Of a DNA stretch of 64,000 nucleotides, positions 38,038-46,004 are shown piece after piece; position 1 is the stretch's first letter, and each line of letters begins with the position of its first letter. Origin of the DNA: Acutalibacteraceae bacterium (GTDB taxonomy: Bacteria > Bacillota > Clostridia > Oscillospirales > Acutalibacteraceae); NCBI GenBank assembly GCA_045532945.1, contig JAZSGZ010000013.1, positions 41,900-105,899 of the forward strand, read 5' to 3'. The position numbers were made by a program, and so were the translations under genes. The notes beneath the pieces were generated by a model. That model searched no databases. It worked only from the letters and a program-made list of their open reading frames with translations, and had not been told where the DNA came from.

Positions 38038-39327
38038 TTATACAGGTATTAAAATTGTAATTTTGAATTCGTTGTTATCATATATCCATTCAAGCTCGCC
38101 ATTGTAATTTTTTAATGCTTTAAGAACACTTTTTATACCAAATCCATGTATGTTTTTGTTTTCCTTGGTGGAAATAAGCATTTCTTTGTTTTCTACAGGT
38201 TTTGTTGAGCAACTGTTTTTTACTACGATTTTGTGGAATTTATTATCGCTTTCTAAAAATAAATTAATATATGGGTTTATTTCTTTTTCGGCTCTTTCAA
38301 CAGCATTTCCCAGAAGGTTATCAAGAATGGAAGATAAATCGTAATCATTGATGAAAGACAGATTTTCGTTTAGCGAGACGGTATTGAACTGTATATGTTT
38401 ATCTTTGCAAAGCAAAGCATATTTGTTAATTATCACATCCAGCAATTTGTTTTTTGTTTTAGCTTTAATGGATATTTCATTTGACCTATCGTACATATCT
38501 TTGATGTATTGCTTAACATTTTCTTCTGTTGTCAGGTTTCCAATGTTTATAAGATTGTTGCGAATATCGTGTATAAAAATTCGTGTTTCTTCATCTTTCT
38601 TTTCGAGAATATCAAGATATTCTAAGTTTATTGCTTGTTTTTGTTCAACCATTTCTATATCGTGAAGTTTCTTTTGGTTTGTGATGTCTCTCTCGTGCAC
38701 AGCAAAAACAACAATGTTTGCAATAAACATGAGAACTTCGGCAACTACACACATAGCCGTGGATAATACTGATGATTCAAAGAATTGACTTTGAACTCGT
38801 AGAACAACGGTTATAAAGAAAGTGGTAATAGGTAATATCGTTAAATATATAGAAATTTTCGTTCCTTCTTTTTTTATGCGTTTTTTAGCAAAGGAAGAAA
38901 TTATAGTTAAAAGTATAAAATATAAAAATTTTGCCGCAAAAGCTTCTTCGATAAATATAATAATATCGTTTTTGAAATGTGTTACCTCTAAGTTTAGCAT
39001 GTGTGAAACTATGAATAAAACAGTATATTCCGCAATCCACATTAATGCTACAAGTAATAAAGAATGGAAAAACGCAAGTTTTCGGTCACATTTGAAACCT
39101 AATAAAAGAACTAATCCAAACAAAATGAGTGTTGCTATGATGTTTATAGCTTCACTAAAGAAAAGGTTCAGTAGTAACCACAGAATAATATTTGCAGAAA
39201 AACAAATACATATGGTTGTTTTAAAGTTCGTTTTATAAGGGAAAAGACGATAACCATACCAAAATACTAAATATGTATTTAATAAATATATCAGAAGGGT
39301 TAATGCGTATATCATTGGTTTGCTCAT
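38038..39327 (-). CDS. agrC: AgrC-like (HPK10) membrane sensor histidine kinase
   Basis: About 6 N-terminal TM helices. HDIRNNL H-box. GHKL C-terminus NIHGFGIKSV. Adjacent to a LytTR response regulator. Confidence 0.75.
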   Translation of the reverse strand: MSKPMIYALTLLIYLLNTYLVFWYGYRLFPYKTNFKTTICICFSANIILWLLLNLFFSEAINIIATLILFGLVLLLGFKCDRKLAFFHSLLLVALMWIAEYTVLFIVSHMLNLEVTHFKNDIIIFIEEAFAAKFLYFILLTIISSFAKKRIKKEGTKISIYLTILPITTFFITVVLRVQSQFFESSVLSTAMCVVAEVLMFIANIVVFAVHERDITNQKKLHDIEMVEQKQAINLEYLDILEKKDEETRIFIHDIRNNLINIGNLTTEENVKQYIKDMYDRSNEISIKAKTKNKLLDVIINKYALLCKDKHIQFNTVSLNENLSFINDYDLSSILDNLLGNAVERAEKEINPYINLFLESDNKFHKIVVKNSCSTKPVENKEMLISTKENKNIHGFGIKSVLKALKNYNGELEWIYDNNEFKITILIPV

Positions 39328-39329
39328 TC

Positions 39330-40037
39330 TTACATCCCTCTTTCTGCATACAAGAACATTTTTGTTCTGAATTCTTTTTGTTTTTTAGGAGCGATTGATA
39401 TATCTGTTGTTTTTTCGTCATATTCCAAAACGAGAGAAGTGCGATTAAAGCTTTTAATGAAATTAAAGTTAACAATAAAGCTTGTGTGAGGTGAATAGAA
39501 ATTAACTTCATTTAATTTTTCTTTCCAAAACTCAATCTTTTCTTTAGAAACATATTCACCATCAGTTGTGATGATACGAGTTTTTCGTTTGTATATTTCG
39601 CAATATACTATTGTGTTAGTTGATATAATTGCAGAATTATTATCGGCACATATGATTTTTATTTCTTTGTTTGAGATTGAAAGTAGTGCCGCATCTAATG
39701 AACGATACAAACGAATTATATCCAATGGCTTTTGTAAAAATCTATATGCACCTATTTCAAAAGCATCATCAAGATAATCAGAGTAAGCAGTAACCATAAA
39801 TATAATTATATTGTTGAATTTTTGTTTAAGCTTTTTACCAATTTCAACACCACTTATAGAAGGCATTTCTACATCAAGAAACGCCATATCAAAGCATATA
39901 TCACTATCAAGAAGCTCGTTGCCATCTTCATATGAGTAAATTTCGGTGCTTATCGTTTTGTCATTGAAATAGTTAACCAATGCATTTTCAACATCTTTTA
40001 TAATTTTCTTATCATCGTCACAAATCGCAATTTTCAC
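39330..40037 (-). CDS. agrA: LytTR-family response regulator (AgrA-like)
   Basis: Receiver domain KIAICDDD...FLDVEMP, plus a C-terminal LytTR domain. GTG 40037 follows GGAGGG. Confidence 0.8.
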   Translation of the reverse strand: MKIAICDDDKKIIKDVENALVNYFNDKTISTEIYSYEDGNELLDSDICFDMAFLDVEMPSISGVEIGKKLKQKFNNIIIFMVTAYSDYLDDAFEIGAYRFLQKPLDIIRLYRSLDAALLSISNKEIKIICADNNSAIISTNTIVYCEIYKRKTRIITTDGEYVSKEKIEFWKEKLNEVNFYSPHTSFIVNFNFIKSFNRTSLVLEYDEKTTDISIAPKKQKEFRTKMFLYAERGM

Positions 40038-40121
40038 AATTACCCTCCAAAAAATAAATGCCGTAAACATTATTTTAAGTTTACGGCATTAAAAATAGTT
40101 TGTCAAATGTTATTTGGAGTA

Positions 40122-40442
40122 TTATTTATGACTGTCAACAAGAGCTTTTACGAATATTTTCACTACACCCATTTCTTCATCTGTGCATTCTCGTAGGTAT
40201 TCTTCTATTTCATCAATGTCATTTTTCTTAGCAACACCTAATGTGAAGTAATCGACAGTTACATTTAAAGCTGTAGCTATTTCATACAACAATTGTATAT
40301 TGGTTTTTGTTCTACCAGTTTCAATTGCAGATATATGTTTGGCAGATACGCCAACCTTTTCTGCTAAATCCTCTTGAGTTATGTTTAATTGTCTTCTTCG
40401 TGTGCCGATTCTGAATCCCATCATTTTTAAATTTAATTTCAT
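40122..40442 (-). CDS. XRE-family HTH regulator
   Basis: LNITQEDLAEKVGVSAKHISAIETGRT. ATG 40442 chosen over the longer track ORF. Confidence 0.7.
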   Translation of the reverse strand: MKLNLKMMGFRIGTRRRQLNITQEDLAEKVGVSAKHISAIETGRTKTNIQLLYEIATALNVTVDYFTLGVAKKNDIDEIEEYLRECTDEEMGVVKIFVKALVDSHK

Positions 40443-40660
40443 ATAACCACCATATGTGATTTTATCATCAAATTTAATTATTAAACACTCCCTTGTATTA
40501 GAGTTCTCTAATATGAGGTTGTAATATGAACTTTTCAATAGATAATTTTACCAATTATTTCGAAAATGATTATTTTCATATTCTTTTGTGATTTATTTGT
40601 GAAATATATTGAAAATAAAATAATACACAATTATATTGCTTTTAGATGGGAGGTGAAAAA

Positions 40661-40822
40661 ATGAATGTGAAAAACAAAATTCAGGTGAAAACTGCATCTG
40701 TAATTAAAAAGGCGGTTAATCATTCTTGCAAGGTTGATGCTAATTCAACAACGTGTCTTTCAATTTATCAGCCTAAAGCACCGGCAGCACTTAAAAACTT
40801 CAGTAAGTTTAATAAAGAATGA
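40661..40822 (+). CDS. agrD: AgrD-type cyclic-lactone autoinducer peptide precursor (not in ORF track)
   Basis: GGGAGGTG RBS present. Sequence MNVKNKIQVKTASVIKKAVNHSCKVDANSTTCLSIYQPKAPAALKNFSKFNKE. A Cys plus 4 residues followed by a QPKAP motif, as in clostridial AgrD. Stop overlaps the agrB start (ATGA). Confidence 0.7.
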   Translation: MNVKNKIQVKTASVIKKAVNHSCKVDANSTTCLSIYQPKAPAALKNFSKFNKE

Positions 40823-41409
40823 TTAGCAGTATCGCTTCAAAGGTTGTAAAAAAACTTATTGATAGTGCAGTTATCTCTGACACTGAGCAAGAACTATATT
40901 TATATGGATTCTTTGTATTGATTTCACAGATACTATATTTCACTTTAACAATAATATTTGGAATTATATTGGATATAGTTCTTGAAAGTGTTGTTTTCTA
41001 CATTGCTTTTCAATTTATCAGAAGGTATGCCGGTGGAATACATGCTTCAAGTGAATTGAAATGTGCAGTTGCAACCACAACATCAATATTTCTTTGCCTG
41101 TTTTGTGTTAAGTTGTGTGAAACAAGTAATATACAGGTTTTTGTTTTGATGCTTACAGCATTATCATCTGCTTTTATATTTGTTTTTTGTCCGCTTGATA
41201 CACCTGAAAAACCACTTACTGAAAAAGAATATAAATATTTTCGCAAGATTTCCAGAATAGTGTTAATGGTTTTGTTAGTTGTTATTATTGTCTGTGTAAT
41301 TATAAAATCAAATGTAGCATATTCTGTGTGTTTTGGCATAATACTAGAATCCTTTTTGTTAATTGCCGGAAGATTAAAAAGATTCTATAACAGAAAATAT
41401 GTTGGATAA
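40819..41409 (+). CDS. agrB: AgrB-family autoinducer-processing membrane protease
   Basis: Polytopic membrane protein with the conserved FIRRYAGGIHA motif. Confidence 0.8.
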   Translation: MISSIASKVVKKLIDSAVISDTEQELYLYGFFVLISQILYFTLTIIFGIILDIVLESVVFYIAFQFIRRYAGGIHASSELKCAVATTTSIFLCLFCVKLCETSNIQVFVLMLTALSSAFIFVFCPLDTPEKPLTEKEYKYFRKISRIVLMVLLVVIIVCVIIKSNVAYSVCFGIILESFLLIAGRLKRFYNRKYVG

Positions 41410-41788
41410 TAATATATTTGGTGTGTTTCTTAAAGAGCAACGCAAGCAGAAAGGCGTCTCGCTAAGAGTACTTGCGGACAAATTAAATGTATCACATTCA
41501 TACTTGTCAAATATAGAAAATGGTAAAAAACCACCACCAAGTAATGCTTTGCTAATTGAAATTGCTTCAGCGTTATCATTAGATTACAAATCAAAAACGT
41601 TACTTTTTGATATTGCTTCGGAAATAAAAAATATTAATAACAAAGATATTAGTGCTCCAGCAGATATTTCAAAATACTTGATGGAAAAACCGTCTTTAAA
41701 AGTATTGATACGAGAAGCTGATAAACATGGTTGTTCAAATGAGTTTTGGGAAGAAGTATTGCAAGTTGTTAAAGATATGTCCCAGTAA
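41399..41788 (+). CDS. XRE-family HTH regulator
   Basis: VSLRVLADKLNVSHSYLSNIENGKK. Confidence 0.75.
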   Translation: MLDNNIFGVFLKEQRKQKGVSLRVLADKLNVSHSYLSNIENGKKPPPSNALLIEIASALSLDYKSKTLLFDIASEIKNINNKDISAPADISKYLMEKPSLKVLIREADKHGCSNEFWEEVLQVVKDMSQ

Positions 41789-41803
41789 AATGGGATATAT
41801 TTT

Positions 41804-42040
41804 TTGACGAAAATGGTAACCAATGGTGAACAAGAAAATATGATTATAATTACACGGGTTGTACCCGTATCTATTAACGTTAAGAAGGTTCATTGTCCAG
41901 TGTGTGGAGCAAGATTATGTGATGTAAAAAAGAGTCAGCAAATTAGTGAGGAGTTTTTAAATAATGATTATTTAAATGGTATCATTATAAAATGCTATAA
42001 ATGTGGGAGAAAATTTAATATAGTTACTAAAGACTTATAA
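41804..42040 (+). CDS. small zinc-ribbon protein
   Basis: Two CxxC pairs (CPVCGARLC ... CYKCGRKF). Start uncertain: TTG 41804, ATG 41813 or ATG 41840. Confidence 0.5.
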   Translation: MTKMVTNGEQENMIIITRVVPVSINVKKVHCPVCGARLCDVKKSQQISEEFLNNDYLNGIIIKCYKCGRKFNIVTKDL

Positions 42041-42076
42041 AAAAGATTAAATTATATGTACAGTGCACCATAGTGA

Positions 42077-42117
42077 TAGGAGCCTGACGAGTTTTCGTCA
42101 GGCTCCTATTATTTTTT
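42077..42117 (+). terminator. rho-independent terminator
   Basis: Perfect 14-bp stem taggagcctgacga / tcgtcaggctccta followed by ttatttttt. Confidence 0.85.
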
Positions 42118-42234
42118 GAACTTGATGGAAACAGAAAGGTCAAAATGAAATTTATATGGCAACCCTACATAGCTGAATATCCATAATCTCCAGTTTTTGA
42201 AAACTGAAATTCAAAAACAAAGGAGATTATAAAA

Positions 42235-42690
42235 ATGTATAAAAATAAAAAATTTGATTACGATTTATGGACAACCAATGATGATGGCGTTAAGCGTTAC
42301 TGGGTAAGAATCCGTGCAACACAGGAAGTTGTTGAAGTAGATCTCAAAACCTTGCGTTTTTTAAGAACTGAAGAGAAAAAGATATATCGAGCCATAGAAG
42401 ATGCTCGTAATAATGCAGGTACAGTTTTGTCATATGAAATTTTTGAAGATGAAGAAGTTTCGGGTGAATGGTTGATAGATGAAAAAGACTTAGAAACTCA
42501 AGTACTTATGCAAACAGAAATTGATGCCGTTGTGAAAACACTCACATCCAAACAGTTTTGGGTTTATAAGAATTGCATATTGGAAGGTATGGAGTTGCGA
42601 GAATTTGCAAGAAAAAACAACTTATCTTACTCAACGGTTAAAGACATAAGAGATGCAATAAGAAAAAAATTTCAAAAAAGTTTTAATTGA
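42235..42690 (+). CDS. sigma-70 region-4-like HTH protein (ICE regulatory)
   Basis: The C-terminus LTSKQFWVYKNCILEGMELREFARKNNLSYSTVKDIRDAIRKK resembles a sigma region 4 / LuxR-type HTH. Confidence 0.5.
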   Translation: MYKNKKFDYDLWTTNDDGVKRYWVRIRATQEVVEVDLKTLRFLRTEEKKIYRAIEDARNNAGTVLSYEIFEDEEVSGEWLIDEKDLETQVLMQTEIDAVVKTLTSKQFWVYKNCILEGMELREFARKNNLSYSTVKDIRDAIRKKFQKSFN

Positions 42691-43114
42691 TACCCGCTCA
42701 AAAGCTAAAAAAATGTCCGTTGTCAAGTAGAGGGGGTTAAAACCTCGAATGCACTTTGACAACAGAATAGATATTTTATCAAGTACGTTGCTATTATTCT
42801 TGCAGAGGCAAGAGCCACGATAGGACTGCGCCATGATCTGACAGAACAGATGTTGTTTTTATTAACAACATCTTGTTCTGTTGTGGGAGCGATAAACAGT
42901 TGCTATAGATATCAAATAGCTTTTGATATGGCGATAACCGATAATAGTGATAATGATACTCCTGTTTAGTCACAGGTCGAGCGTGATAAAACCGTCGCAA
43001 CCAATGAGGGCAGTTGGCAGAGAACCTGCCGAGGGTGAAATTCCCGTGGAGCTGAGTAGCTATCAGCCGCTTGATAAGATTCAAAAGTATTTCTTCAAAA
43101 CATGGAGGTTAGCT

Positions 43115-43264
43115 ATGGATTTACATAAGGTACAAGAAAACACTTATACAACCACTATTGATGGTTCGATTATTACATTAAAATTTTCAAAAGAGCCTAA
43201 TGAAGTATTAGTAAAAAATATTAAAGAATGTTTGTTGAATTCTATTGTAAAATTATCAAAATAA
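43115..43264 (+). CDS. small hypothetical protein (49 aa) preceding the recombinase
   Basis: GGAGG at 43103-43107, ATG at 43115. The track ORF 42947-43264 extends into structured non-coding sequence. Confidence 0.4.
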   Translation: MDLHKVQENTYTTTIDGSIITLKFSKEPNEVLVKNIKECLLNSIVKLSK

Positions 43265-43327
43265 TGCTGGATATATAAATGTTGTTGTGATAGTGTTGTG
43301 TCGAAATCAAGTAAAGGTGGTGCACTA

Positions 43328-44914
43328 ATGGCTGGCGAAAGAGTGTATTGTTTATATCGTGTATCAACTTCAAAGCAAGTTGATATGGATGAACATAATT
43401 TAGCGGATATCCCTATGCAACGAAAAGCTTGCAGAGAGTTTGCTAAAAAAATGGGTTGGGACATTATTCGTGAGGAACAAGAAAACGGAGTATCCGGATT
43501 CAAAAAGAGTGCTGCTGAAAGAGATAAGATACAACTTATTAAAGAGCATGCCGTAAAAGGTTTGTTTGACATATTACTAGTTTTTATGTTTGACAGATTA
43601 GGAAGGAAATCAGATGAGACACCATTTATTGTAGAATGGCTCTGCTCACAAGGTATTAAGGTTTGGAGCGTCAATGAAGGTGAACAACGCTTTGACTCTC
43701 ACACAGATAGACTCACCAACTACATAAGATATTGGCAGGCTGATGGTGAAAGCCAAAAAACTGCAATCAGAACAAGAACTGCCATGGAACAAATGGTCAT
43801 GGATGGCAGATGGCGTGGTGGTATACCACCATTTGGATATAGAGCTGTAAAAAGCGGTATAGTTAACAAAAGAAAACATGAAGTATATAAATTGGAGATA
43901 AACGAAGAAGAAGCTGTAATAGTAAGACTGATATTCGACCTATCTGCAAATAGTGGATATGGAAGATGGAAAATTGCTACCATATTAAATGAACGTGGTT
44001 ATAAAACTCGTAGTGGTGGTACATGGGTAGATTCAAGTGTAGGACATATACTTCATAACAATATTTACATAGGTATGTTAAAGAATGGTTCGGCAATATC
44101 GGGACCGTATGAAGAATTAAGAATTATTGATGATGTTACTTTCTATAAAGTACAAAAACAAACAAATTTACGAACTAATGAAAAAAACAATGAAAGAACA
44201 ATACCTTTAAATATATCGGGTCAATCACTGTTATCCGGTAATGTGTTCTGCGGACATTGTAAAGGCAGACTCACATTAACAACCAATGGTGAAACCCGAA
44301 AACATGTAGACGGTACATCTGTACACAGAAGAAAAGTCAGATACGTTTGCTATAATAAAACAAGAAAAAAATTAAACTGCGATGGCCAAACAGGATACAC
44401 TATGCGTATCTTGGATGAAAAGGTCATCGCAGTTTTACATATGATTTTTGATAAAATGAAAGATATGACACCACAGGAAATGGCAAGTCATATTCATGAC
44501 AAACAGATGTCAAATTTAAAAATTGAGTTATCGGCAGCAAAAGCAAAATTTGATAAAGCGGAGAAAGAATACAATGCCTTAAAAAGTGAAATTGTAAAAT
44601 CTATCCAAGGTGAAAGCAAGTACAATGCAGATATACTATCGGAGCTTTTGATATCAGCTCAAGAAACGTTAGAAACTGCAAAGAAAAGTTATTTAGAAGC
44701 TCAAAACAACTATACTCAAGGTGAATTACAAATACAGGAATTAACTAACAACTATACTCGAATACTCAGATGGTCAGAGATTTTTGATGAGAGTCCTATG
44801 GAAACCAAAAAACAAATAGCTAGTATGATAATAAATAGAGTGTATGTTTATGAAGGTTATCGGTTGGAGTTTGAGTTTAATATTAATTTTGAAAACATTT
44901 GCAAAAACAAATGA
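43328..44914 (+). CDS. large serine recombinase (ICE integrase)
   Basis: Resolvase catalytic domain with YCLYRVSTSKQ. Recombinase and zinc-ribbon region CGHCKGRL...VCYNK. C-terminal coiled coil. Confidence 0.85.
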   Translation: MAGERVYCLYRVSTSKQVDMDEHNLADIPMQRKACREFAKKMGWDIIREEQENGVSGFKKSAAERDKIQLIKEHAVKGLFDILLVFMFDRLGRKSDETPFIVEWLCSQGIKVWSVNEGEQRFDSHTDRLTNYIRYWQADGESQKTAIRTRTAMEQMVMDGRWRGGIPPFGYRAVKSGIVNKRKHEVYKLEINEEEAVIVRLIFDLSANSGYGRWKIATILNERGYKTRSGGTWVDSSVGHILHNNIYIGMLKNGSAISGPYEELRIIDDVTFYKVQKQTNLRTNEKNNERTIPLNISGQSLLSGNVFCGHCKGRLTLTTNGETRKHVDGTSVHRRKVRYVCYNKTRKKLNCDGQTGYTMRILDEKVIAVLHMIFDKMKDMTPQEMASHIHDKQMSNLKIELSAAKAKFDKAEKEYNALKSEIVKSIQGESKYNADILSELLISAQETLETAKKSYLEAQNNYTQGELQIQELTNNYTRILRWSEIFDESPMETKKQIASMIINRVYVYEGYRLEFEFNINFENICKNK

Positions 44915-44964
44915 AATGAATATTTACATTTCTTGAATTGCTTTTTCACCCAAAAATAAAACTG

Positions 44965-45044
44965 TTTTTTTGTGGAAAAAGTCGAATTTTGTAAAAACTG
45001 AAAAATTTTTTGAAGTATTTGCAATATTTTGTCATATATATATG
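44965..45044 (+). promoter_or_regulatory. conserved promoter-like element, copy C
   Basis: TTTTGTGGAAAAAGTCG ... AAAAATTTTTTGAAGTATTTGC ... TTTGTCATATATATA. Aligns with copies A and B. Lies 35 nt upstream of the FRG gene. Confidence 0.6.
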
Positions 45045-45078
45045 CAGGGTAATTCAATTAAGAAAGGAATAAATACAG

Positions 45079-45945
45079 ATGTATTATTTTAGTCAAGTAC
45101 AAATTAATAGTATAGGTAGTTATATCGAAGAAGTAATTAGAATGAAATATATCTGCGACTCGTCCAAAGAATATTTCCAGTGGTATAGAGGACATGCCGA
45201 TGCATCTTGGGAACTTTTACCCAAAATTCAAAGGGGTTTTAATGGAGCTGACGAAGAATTGTTTCGTAAAGAAAGGTTTTACACTAATGATTTTCAAGCT
45301 CGAGCAAGCATTTTTAAATCACCCAAGCCTAAACTTAATGAATATGCCAATTGGCTTACTTTAATGCAACACTATGGGCTTCCTACTAGACTGTTGGATT
45401 GGTCTAGATCGCCACTAGTTGCATTATACTTTGCCGTTTCCGAAGAAACTGAAATTGAAAAAGATGCTTGTGTATGGGTCTTAACTCCAGGTAAATTGAA
45501 TGAGTTAGAAAGACTAGAAAAATCTTCTCAAGTAGATGATAAAGAATATGATAATACATTTATATATAATATGGAACACAAAACAGTATCAACGATGATT
45601 TATACAGCATTTAAGCGCTGGGAGTTAAGCGATAACAAAAAAGCGATAACACCAGAAGATAAAAAATTTGATTACAGATTTAAAACACTAAGAGATAAAA
45701 TAGTGGCTTGCTATCCGACAGAATCAGACTCTAGAGTTTATAATCAGTTGGCTGCATTTACAGTACATAATTCCACAAGAAAATTAGAAGATATATGTAA
45801 TGATAAAACACTTATGAAAATAATTATTCCTCATGAATTTAAACAAACATTATTATATGAATTGCGTGTTTGTGGAATAACCGATAGTTATATATATCCG
45901 GATTTGGAACATTTAGCAAAAGAACTTGAAAGTTTTATAGATTAA
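45079..45945 (+). CDS. FRG-domain protein
   Basis: WYRGH...W.LLPK and LMQHYGLPTRLLDWSRSPLVALYFAV match the FRG domain signature. Confidence 0.7.
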   Translation: MYYFSQVQINSIGSYIEEVIRMKYICDSSKEYFQWYRGHADASWELLPKIQRGFNGADEELFRKERFYTNDFQARASIFKSPKPKLNEYANWLTLMQHYGLPTRLLDWSRSPLVALYFAVSEETEIEKDACVWVLTPGKLNELERLEKSSQVDDKEYDNTFIYNMEHKTVSTMIYTAFKRWELSDNKKAITPEDKKFDYRFKTLRDKIVACYPTESDSRVYNQLAAFTVHNSTRKLEDICNDKTLMKIIIPHEFKQTLLYELRVCGITDSYIYPDLEHLAKELESFID

Positions 45946-46004
45946 CTTTTGGGTATTATCAACTTATATTTTTATTAAAATACACCTTGGTGGGGAGTGT
46001 AAAT

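Larger units (their letters stand above)
1..44914 (+). mobile_element. Integrative conjugative element (partial). Transfer module 1-14031, accessory cargo about 14100-41400, regulatory module plus terminal large serine recombinase 41399-44914. Left end is outside the window and the right junction is not mapped.
   Basis: Co-linear + strand VirB6-, PrgI/VirB3-, VirB4-, NlpC/P60-, relaxase-, Toprim- and VirD4-like ORFs, plus a serine recombinase. Cargo is mostly on the opposite strand and visibly more AT-rich. Facing terminators at 14051-14159 mark the module boundary. Confidence 0.6.

Noticed and set aside
42794-43114. Track ORFs 42794-43084 (-) and the first 56 codons of 42947-43264 (+)
   Set aside because: There is no RBS, and the composition is odd (His/Tyr/Leu-rich or Arg/Pro-rich). 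They run through strong hairpins. I treat the region as non-coding structured sequence instead.
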